A model generated the notes under the pieces. It made no database searches, was not told the origin of the DNA, and saw only the letters and a list, made by a program, of their open reading frames with translations. Source: Candidatus Eiseniibacteriota bacterium (lineage in GTDB: Bacteria; Eisenbacteria; RBG-16-71-46; CAIMUX01; VGJL01). Taken from it: DNA of 64,000 nucleotides. The stretch is from the NCBI GenBank assembly GCA_963792585.1, contig CAWBWI010000001.1:1920001-1984000 (forward strand), given 5' to 3'. The position numbers were made by a program, and so were the translations under genes. Shown here piece by piece: positions 56,301 to 64,000 of this stretch; position 1 is the first letter of the stretch, and each line of letters begins with the position of its first letter.

Positions 56301-59219
56301 TCAGGATCCGGTCGAGATCGAGAGTGAGATACTCCGGCCATCGCGGAAGCGGCTCGTCACCTTCGACGTCTTCTCGATGATCCCCTTCTGCTCGAAGCGG
56401 ACATCGTCATCGAAGAGGTTCTCGAGGGAGAGCTTCAGCCGTCCGATTCCCGTGCGACGGCTGTACGTCATATCGACGCTCGTGCGGGGCTGTTCGTAGA
56501 TATCCGGGAGCCCCTGCACGCCGACGCGGGAGAGACGGCGTCCGAAGCGGTTGACCATCAGGGTCGCACCGGTCGTCCCGTTCGCATTCGCGTAGAACAG
56601 GCCGAGATTCACAACGTAGGGAGATTGCCCCTCGAGGGGACGCTTCTGCGACGTCTCCACGCCGAGCTTGCTCACGTCGGTTCGAGAACGGACGAGGGTG
56701 ATATTCGCGGTGGTCGCGAACGGCGCCAGCTTCGGGCTGACTCGATCGAGTCCCACCCGCGCCTCCAGCTCCGTGCCGGCGATCGAGCCGCCCTTGCCGT
56801 TGATCGGCTTGTAGACCGGCGTCTCACCCCCTTGAAGACTCCGCTCGATCGGATTCACCAGATCCTTGTAGAAGAGGCTTGCCGCAAGCAGTTCGTTCGG
56901 GCTCGGGTAGGCCTCGACCCGCAGGTCGGTGTTCCGGATCTTGGCCCGCTTGAGCTCGGGGTTCCCGACCTCGGGATAGCCGCTCACATAGTCTGTGATC
57001 CAGAAGTTGCTGAGCTCGCGGAAGTCCGGACGCGAAACCGTCACGCTGTAGGCGCCCCGCACGGTGAGGTCTTCTCGGAGCGCGTACGAGAGGTTCACGG
57101 CCGGCAGCAGGTCGGTATTCGAGAGCTTTGCCTTTGCCAGCAGTGAATCGGGTGTCAGGTGGAAGATGTCGTAGCTCTCCACCTTCATGGTCGCATCCTC
57201 GATCCGCGCGCCGAAGACGGCCCGCCACTTCGTCGAAAGGGGCAGATCGAACATCGCGAAACCGGCGGTCAGATCCTGGTGGGCACGATAGTTGTCGCTC
57301 TCCGGCTTCGTCAGTTCCTGAAGCATGAATGTCGTGCTCGCTCCGCCGATCCTCTCGTCGGTCAGAATCTGCTCCGGGGAAAGTGCGAGAATCGAGTCGA
57401 GGCCGGCGCCACCGCCGGAGGACGGGGCGCTGTAGAAGAAGCGCCTCCAACTCGAGTCGCGATCCTTGTTCTTCACCAATGCGCCGAAGCGGAACTTCGA
57501 GTCCAGGCGGCCCCACTGCTTGAAGGGAATGGTCAGGTTGATTTCCGGTGAACGCTCATCCTCGACCGATCGCCCGAACATCCGGGTGAGTCCGAGGCTG
57601 GCGGAGCGCCCGCTCAGACGCCAGACGTCGAGCGAGTCGACGATTTCCTCATCCACGACGACATAGTCCCGTTCGAACTCGTAGTTGTACTCGCGTCGGT
57701 CGGGCTCGCTTCGCACGGCGCGCGAGTAGTTGTAGCGGAGATCGACCTTCGCGTTTCCCATGTGGGTCAGGGTGTGGCTGGTCGAGACCGAGCTGGCGAA
57801 GAGGCCCCGCTCGACGTAGTCAAATCGGCTGTTCCGCAGCGGTTTGCCGCTATCGTTGTTCTCACCCTCGTAGAACCGCACTTCGTCTTCGGCGCTGCGG
57901 TTGTAGATCCCCCGCAAGGAGATCGTATTGAAGTCGTTGAGCCGGTAACTCGAATTGGCGATCGCGCCCCAGAGGGTCGTTGCCTCCGAGGTCGTCACGT
58001 CATACGCCGTCTCGGGAATCAGGATCCCGCCATCCGACTTGTAGACATTCTCCTCGCCCTCCGTGGTGCGGAAGCCGTTCGACATGGAGAAGGAGCCAAG
58101 GAACCCGAGGGGGCGGTCGAGGAGATCGAGCTCGTTTCCGTAGGTGGCGTTGACCGCATAGGAAGGGAGGCCGGTCTGCGTCTTTCGGTTCCAGGTCCGG
58201 TTGAATGCGCGACCGAGGATGCCGACCGTGTCGGCGGAGAATCCGGCCGATGAGAAGGCGCCGCGACGCGTGATCTTGGTGTTGCGCGCCAAGCGGTCGA
58301 CGACCCCCGGCAAATCCCGTGTGCCGTCGTCGATCCCCAGGAAGTCGGTCTTGCCGCCCTGATATGTGTAGAATGTCTTGCCGGTCGTCGTTCCGTTGCC
58401 CCCCGCGGAGACAGAGAAGTCCCAGAGCTTGCGGCCGGGGAAGTCTCTGGTGCTGACGTTCACGACCCCACCGCCGAACTCTCCGGGTTGATCGGGCGTA
58501 TAGGTCTTCTGGACGACCACATTGTCGAGCAGGCTCGAAGCGAAGAGGTCCAGCGGCACCACCCGCTTGTTCGGCTCCGGCGTGCCGACCGTCGCGCCGT
58601 TGATCTGGGTCGAGCTGTAGCGCTCCCCCAAACCGCGGACGTAGACGTACCGACGCCCCACGATCGATAGCCCCGTGACGCGCTGCAGCGCCTCCGCGGC
58701 ATTGGAATCGGTGCTCTTGGCGATCTGCTGCGAACTGATCCCGTCGCTCACGGCGGGAGCGCGCTTCTGCTGCGCCAGCACCGACGCCTCTGTGTTCTCG
58801 ATCGCCTTGGCGGTGATCTGAACCGTCTTCAAGGTCATCGCGTCGGGCACGAGGGAAACATCGACCGTTGCGACCTGCCCCTCGAGAACCTCGATCGCGG
58901 TGACGGACCGGTGGTGGTAGGAGACGAATCTGACGACGATCTTGTACAGGCCCGGCTTCGCGACGATGCGGTAGCTTCCGTCGGGCTTGGTCATCGCGCC
59001 GCCGGACGGCGTGCCCGTCGTATCAGTGGCCGACTCGAGGTGCATCAGGGCGACGGATGCGAACGCTAGCGGAGCGCCAGTCTCCGAGCTGACGACCTTT
59101 CCGATGATGCCCGCGGCATCGGCTCCGCGCGCCTCATAAGCCGAAAGTCCGGTCAGAATCACGATCGCCAGGCCGGCAACGGCCCGTGCGCATCCGTACC
59201 AATATGGCTTGCAGGTCAT
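56301..59219 (-). CDS. TonB-dependent receptor with N-terminal carboxypeptidase-regulatory-like domain
   Basis: DSNAAEALQRVTGLS, VYVRGLGERY, PLDLF, RPDFRELS, GNPELK. Confidence 0.92.
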   Translation of the reverse strand: MTCKPYWYGCARAVAGLAIVILTGLSAYEARGADAAGIIGKVVSSETGAPLAFASVALMHLESATDTTGTPSGGAMTKPDGSYRIVAKPGLYKIVVRFVSYHHRSVTAIEVLEGQVATVDVSLVPDAMTLKTVQITAKAIENTEASVLAQQKRAPAVSDGISSQQIAKSTDSNAAEALQRVTGLSIVGRRYVYVRGLGERYSSTQINGATVGTPEPNKRVVPLDLFASSLLDNVVVQKTYTPDQPGEFGGGVVNVSTRDFPGRKLWDFSVSAGGNGTTTGKTFYTYQGGKTDFLGIDDGTRDLPGVVDRLARNTKITRRGAFSSAGFSADTVGILGRAFNRTWNRKTQTGLPSYAVNATYGNELDLLDRPLGFLGSFSMSNGFRTTEGEENVYKSDGGILIPETAYDVTTSEATTLWGAIANSSYRLNDFNTISLRGIYNRSAEDEVRFYEGENNDSGKPLRNSRFDYVERGLFASSVSTSHTLTHMGNAKVDLRYNYSRAVRSEPDRREYNYEFERDYVVVDEEIVDSLDVWRLSGRSASLGLTRMFGRSVEDERSPEINLTIPFKQWGRLDSKFRFGALVKNKDRDSSWRRFFYSAPSSGGGAGLDSILALSPEQILTDERIGGASTTFMLQELTKPESDNYRAHQDLTAGFAMFDLPLSTKWRAVFGARIEDATMKVESYDIFHLTPDSLLAKAKLSNTDLLPAVNLSYALREDLTVRGAYSVTVSRPDFRELSNFWITDYVSGYPEVGNPELKRAKIRNTDLRVEAYPSPNELLAASLFYKDLVNPIERSLQGGETPVYKPINGKGGSIAGTELEARVGLDRVSPKLAPFATTANITLVRSRTDVSKLGVETSQKRPLEGQSPYVVNLGLFYANANGTTGATLMVNRFGRRLSRVGVQGLPDIYEQPRTSVDMTYSRRTGIGRLKLSLENLFDDDVRFEQKGIIEKTSKVTSRFRDGRSISLSISTGS

Positions 59220-59300
59220 TTCTCAGGCTCCCCCTTGCGCTGATGGAAGTCTTGCCGGGGGGCGGGAACCGCCCCGCCTCCCCGGCGTCGACGAGCGAAA

Positions 59301-60998
59301 CTAGTGAACCGTGATCAGGCGACCGGATGTCACATGGCCGCCGGCCTCGCAGCGGTAGTAGTAGGCGCCCGCAGGACGACCGCTCGGCAGGTTCCAAACC
59401 GCCTGGTGATCGCCGGCCGGCAGATTTCCGTTCACAAGGGTCGCGACCTCACGTCCCGTGGAGTCGAAGACCCGCAGGCTCGTCGCACCCTCGCTCGGCA
59501 ACCGAAGGAGGAAGTGCGCGCTGTTGACGACCGGATTCGGAAAGGTGCGCACGATCAGGTCGCTCGTAGGCTGGATCGGCTCCACGCCCGCGGGACCGGA
59601 GCAGAGGAGAACGGGCACGTCATTGTAGGTCCCGCGCGCCGAGCTCTGATTGTCGCTGACGTCGATTCCCTGCGTCTTCCAGCCCAGGATGATGCTGTTG
59701 TAGACCTGGGCGTCCGTGCCGCGGCGCAGGTGGATCCCCTTCGTCGACGTTCCGCCGACTTGATCGGTATTGACCAGCGTCACATTGGCAATGACCGGGT
59801 TCGAGCGGCACGGGGCATCGAAGTCGAACTCGTTGTTGTCCGCCTCGATTCCCTTGTCGCAGCTGTTGTCGCCCCATGCTGGATGACTGCGAACTGGACC
59901 AGGCCGCGGAAGCCCATCTGCCAGTCGAGGCCGTCGTCTCCACCGCGCGACGCCGAGCAGGTGTTTCGCCGTCATCTTGCCGCCGAACCACTCGAAGCAG
60001 ATCGTCCTTGCCGCGGAAGGCGTTCAGGTAGTCGGCGCGCGTGTTGACGCCGACGCTGCAGAAAGTGAAGGCGTTCAGCTCGTTGTTGACGCTGAGCTCG
60101 TGCCCGGCGTACTCCACGCGAACGTAGCGAAGCGACGCCACTGTTGTCGCAGTCGTCGTTCCCGCAGTGGAATGACTTCGGTCCCCTCCGTGAAGCAAGC
60201 TCTGCCCGTACGGCAGTCGGCGCAGTTGGCGATCGCGTTGCCGCAGAGCATGATGCCGCCCCAGTCGCCGCTGGCCATCTCGCCGGGAACCTGATCGCTC
60301 GTCATGATGATCGGCTGGCTCGGGCTTCCCTGCGCGTCGATCCTGGCCCCGCGTTCGATGACGAGGAAGCCGAGGGAGGCCTTCTCGCCGAAGATCGCGG
60401 TCCCCGCTTCGATCGTCAGGATCGCCGGCGGGAGGACGTTGACGCGGCCGCGGAGCAGGTAGTTGTTCGTGCTCGTCCAGGTCGTGTTCGCAGCGATATC
60501 CGTCTGAACGATGATCACCGGCTTCGTGTAGTCCAGATCGGTGCGACCCGCGCCGGTCTCATTGAAGTAGGTCCAGCCCTGCGTCCAGTCGGCGCCCCAT
60601 GCCGTCGGTGGAACGCCGCCCCTGTAGCAAACGTAGTCGGGCCTCGCGAAGCTGGGCGTGAATCCACAGTTGTAGCACGCGTCATCATGCACGACGGGGA
60701 CGACGACCTGATCGTTGCTGCCCAGCGCGAGGCTCGTTGCCGCCGGCACCCAGCTCGGACTCACGTGGTCGTAAGGATTCGCGAGCTGAGGATCGACCTC
60801 GTCGTTGTGGGTGAACAGCGTCCGGAGGAGCATGCAGCCGTCGAACGTCGCCGAACCGCCGGTGCGGCAGTTGCCGCCGGCATTGTTGAACGAGATATTC
60901 CCGTCGAAGGCGTGCTGCGCCGATGCGATGCCGCTACTGAGCGTGGCCAACGCGACGAGACACAGAACGATCCGCCTCCCGTTGATCCGATTCTTCAT
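59301..60998 (-). pseudogene. Secreted beta-helix protein partnering the TBDR, with C-terminal sorting-like domain; several frameshifts at 59870-60170
   Basis: LTIEAGT, GSPSQPIIMTSDQ, GDWGGIMLCG, LRYVRVEYAG, NELNAFT, GIEADN, FPNP across frames. Confidence 0.8.
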
Positions 60999-61124
60999 TG
61001 GGTGAGACCTCCCCGTAGTGATGTGAGTGGACCTGCCCCGAGACCAGGAATCGCCTCCCATCCAGCGCGACTCCTTCAAAGGGAAGGCTAGGTGCCGATG
61101 CCACGAGTCGTCCAAACAAGATCC

Positions 61125-61174
61125 GGTGAATCTTGTTTGAACGTCTCGCGCGTTCCATGTGAATGAAGTGTGAA
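61125..61174 (-). promoter_or_regulatory. Phased TTCAC-type direct repeats (OmpR/PhoB-like boxes)
   Basis: TTCACA, TTCACA, TTCAAA, TTCACC start at 61174, 61163, 61141 and 61130 (11-bp register). Confidence 0.5.
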
Positions 61175-61319
61175 GGGTTTCTACGATCCGCGGATTCCGC
61201 GGCTGCGAGGCATCCTGATTAAAGCGACGTTGGGGGCGTCGGCCCCTCGCTCAACGGCGCGAATGGGACCGCGCGTCGCGCGCCGGCTCAGGCGCGAGCG
61301 CGCATCAGGATTCCGTCCG

Positions 61320-62597
61320 CTATTTCACATCCAATGGATGCTCGCGGAAGTCCGCCAGGACGACAATCGCGAAGTGGTCGGGATGGACGTTGCGGCGCGC
61401 CACATCCAGGATCTGTTCGCGCGTGACCGCCTGCATCTCGGTCAGGTCGCGCAGCCAGAATTCGTCGGGCAGGCCGTAGAACTCCTGCTCGATCAACTTC
61501 GCCGCGATCTGGTCGTTCGTTTCCATGGTGAGAGGGAGGCTCCCCGTGAAGTATTTCTTCGCCCATGCGAGTTCTTCGTCGGTGGCGCCTTCGGCGCGGA
61601 AGCGATCGATCTCGGCGAGCATCTCGTGGATCGCCTCGTTCATCGACTCGACCTTTGTTTGCGTTGCGGCGAAGAAGTAACCTGGCTCCCGCCGTGGCCA
61701 GAAGTTCGAGTGGACTCCGTAGGTGAGCCCCCGCTCCTCGCGCAGGTTTCGCATGAGGCGGCTGCCGAAGCCCGATCCGCCGAGGATGTAGTTCATCACG
61801 ACCGCCGCATTGTGATCGGGGTGATTGCGTGGCAGACCGACGTTTCCCATCCGGATCGTCGCCTGCGTGACCTCCTGCTGGATGGTCACGACCGCGCGCT
61901 CGGTCGGAGTGGGCATCGACGGGATCGGGTGCTTCGGCGAAGCGGTGGCCGACCACTTGCCGAACATCTCCTCCGCCCAGGTGAGCGCCGTCTCCGCGTC
62001 GATGTCCCCGACCAGGGCCAGGATCGACCCATCCGGGACGTATCTCCCACCGTGGAAGGCGACGATCGCCTCTCGGTCCGTCCGCCCGACCGATTCCGGC
62101 GTTCCCTCCTTCGTCCGGTGGTACGGGTGCGCCCCGTAGATCGCCTCGAAGAAGCGTTCACGCACGAAGGAGGAGTGGTCGTCCTTGCGGCCTTCGAGAT
62201 AGCCCAGGATCTGTGAACGCTTTCGCTCGATCTCTTCCTCCAGGAATGCCGGAACGAGGGCCACCTCCGCAAGCGTCTCTATCAGGACGCGCGCATCCGC
62301 CGCGCGACCCGTGAGATCGACGGTCGCATAGTCGAAGTCGCACGAGGTCGACAGGGTTGCGCCGATCCCGTCGACGGCCTCAGCAAGCTCGACGGCGCCC
62401 CGGCGGGATGTCCCGAGGGGCAGGAGCTGCGAGACGAAGTGCGCAACGCCCGGATGGGACTCCGGCTCGGCCGCCACGCCCGAAGGGACGAGAAGCGTCG
62501 CCGAGACGATCGGCAGATGCCGGCGCTCGAGAACGATGACGGTGAGCCCGTTCGGAAGGACGCGCCGCGAGCGAACCGGGTGCAGGGAATCGCTCAT
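61320..62597 (-). CDS. M16 peptidase non-catalytic subunit
   Basis: LPNGL, GSGFGSRLMRNLREERGLTYG; own RBS and ATG overlapping the upstream stop. Confidence 0.85.
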   Translation of the reverse strand: MSDSLHPVRSRRVLPNGLTVIVLERRHLPIVSATLLVPSGVAAEPESHPGVAHFVSQLLPLGTSRRGAVELAEAVDGIGATLSTSCDFDYATVDLTGRAADARVLIETLAEVALVPAFLEEEIERKRSQILGYLEGRKDDHSSFVRERFFEAIYGAHPYHRTKEGTPESVGRTDREAIVAFHGGRYVPDGSILALVGDIDAETALTWAEEMFGKWSATASPKHPIPSMPTPTERAVVTIQQEVTQATIRMGNVGLPRNHPDHNAAVVMNYILGGSGFGSRLMRNLREERGLTYGVHSNFWPRREPGYFFAATQTKVESMNEAIHEMLAEIDRFRAEGATDEELAWAKKYFTGSLPLTMETNDQIAAKLIEQEFYGLPDEFWLRDLTEMQAVTREQILDVARRNVHPDHFAIVVLADFREHPLDVK

Positions 62598-63848
62598 TCC
62601 TCGCCTCCCTCGGCGATCAGATAGCCGCACGTACGCTGCTTTTCGTCGAACCAGCTCCCCGCCGCGCGCGCGACGTCGCCGGCGGTCGCTGCGAGGCACG
62701 CATCGTGGAACTCGAAGAAGTTCTGCCAGGTGGAGAGGCACTCGTAGGAGCCGAGTCCCTGCCCCAACTCGAAGTTGTGCTCTTGACCAAAGATGAAATC
62801 GGCGTCGATCTGGTTGCGCGCCTTCTCGATCTCCTTCGCCGTGGGCGGCGTCGCGGCAGAGCGATTCCACCGCCTCGATGACCGCGGCGCGAAGCCGCTC
62901 GACGTCGACGCCCGGCCGCGCCGTGGCACGAATCACGAAGGTCGACGGATCTTTGCGGATGTAGAAGCCCCCGGATAGATCCATCGCGAGCGGCTCCTGG
63001 TAGATCAACCGCTGGTAGAGACGGCTCGATCGGCCACGGAAGAGAATGTACTCGCCGATGTTGATCGGGGCTGCATCGGCGTGGGTCGATTCGGGCGCTC
63101 GGTAGGCGATCACTACCCCCGGTAGCTGGACTTCCTTGTGGACGCGCACCGTCCGCTCCCCCCGCTGGTCGGGCTCGACGACCTGGACCGGAGGGACTTC
63201 CGGGCCCCGCGCGATCCCGCCGAAGTGGCGTCCGGCCAGCTCGAGCACCTGGTCGTGGTGAACGTCGCCCGCGACGACCAGGACCGCATTGTTCGGACGG
63301 TAGTAGACCTTGTAGTAGGCGATCAGATCCCCGCGCGTGATCGTCTCGAGATCGGTCATCCAGCCGATCACGGGCCAGTGATACGGGTGCGCCTGGAAGA
63401 CCGCCGCCTCGACCGCCTCGGTGATCAGGCCGAAGGGCGGATCCTCGCGCGTCTGCCGGCGTTCCTCGCGGATCACGGAGATCTCGCTCTCGAACTCCTC
63501 CGGCTGGAGCAGGAGCCCCTGCATGCGGTCCGCCTCGAGTTCGAAAGCGACCTCGAGGCGGTCGTTTGCCATGTTCTCGAAGTACGCGGTGAAGTCGTAG
63601 CTCGTGAAGGCGTTGTTCGTCATCCCGTTCTCCTGGATGATCCGGTCGAACACGCCCTTCGGAAATCGCTCGGTTCCCTTGAACATCATGTGCTCGAATA
63701 TGTGGGAGGCGCCGGTGATGCCGGTCCGCTCGTTGCGCGAGCCGACGCGATACCAGAGCTGGAGGCTCGCCGTCGGGCTCACCGGGTTCTCGACGGTGAG
63801 GACCTTCAGGCCGTTGTCGAGTTGCGATTCATGGATTCGGTCGCGCAT
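62594..63848 (-). CDS. M16 zinc peptidase catalytic subunit, one frameshift near 62840
   Basis: HIFEH, NAFTSYD, EERR; C-terminus EIEKARNQI... lies in another frame ending at 62594. Confidence 0.85.
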
Positions 63849-63930
63849 GAGTCTCCTTCGCTTTTGTTCGCCTGTACCGGTAACGATGGATGAGGGTCAG
63901 ATGGATCCGTCGTGCCTCCAGTATGCCGCC

Positions 63931-63999
63931 TCACGTGGTGGCGGCCAACTCGTAATCGAACTCGTAAGAGTGCGCCCCGGCGCTGATGATGATCGTCAT
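63931..63999 (-). CDS. 3' end of a gene, possibly DUF3224-like
   Basis: MTIIISAGAHSYEFDYELAATT*. Confidence 0.35.
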   Translation of the reverse strand: MTIIISAGAHSYEFDYELAATT

Positions 64000-64000
64000 C

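Noticed and set aside
61320..63848. 842-aa fused M16 peptidase
   Set aside because: The linker is out-of-frame sequence. The true C-terminus is in another frame and the second gene has its own RBS and ATG, so this is a single frameshift.
1..64000. tRNA, rRNA, tmRNA, reverse transcriptase, transposase or cas genes
   Set aside because: No recognisable signatures found by eye

Overview
High-GC bacterial window. FlgD-Ig C-terminal domains and a C-terminal TWGxIK motif suggest an Eisenbacteria/Latescibacteria-like lineage (inference). There are three parts. (1) 1-~13.2 kb is a phage-like integrative element: the 3' end of a tyrosine recombinase, a GpA-type large terminase and a small terminase, a ParB-like protein, a DNA adenine methylase, a replication-initiator-like gene, a regulator and a frameshifted DUF2924/large serine recombinase module. 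It also carries a duplicated structured RNA-like leader and a pseudoknot-like leader. (2) 13.4-21.7 kb is a minus-strand array of 10 single-gene cassettes separated by nine complete and one partial copy of a diverged ~131-bp attC-like imperfect palindrome. No integron integrase lies next to it (CALIN-like). Several recombination cores are non-canonical (GTC/GAC, GCT), and the distal cassettes are defence-like (two TIGR02391/HEPN-like, one TIR, one HEPN-like, one DUF3800). (3) 21.9-64 kb is host chromosome: secreted proteins, PBP1B, ThiH-like radical SAM, cysteine desulfurase, ECF sigma/anti-sigma, VIT-vWA, pyk, two M16 peptidase pairs, argS, a two-component system, a TMTC-like protein, a Tat-exported AKR and a TonB-dependent receptor operon with Pho-box-like repeats. 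Clustered frameshifts probably include sequencing errors. All family calls come from motif recognition by eye; no database search was run.
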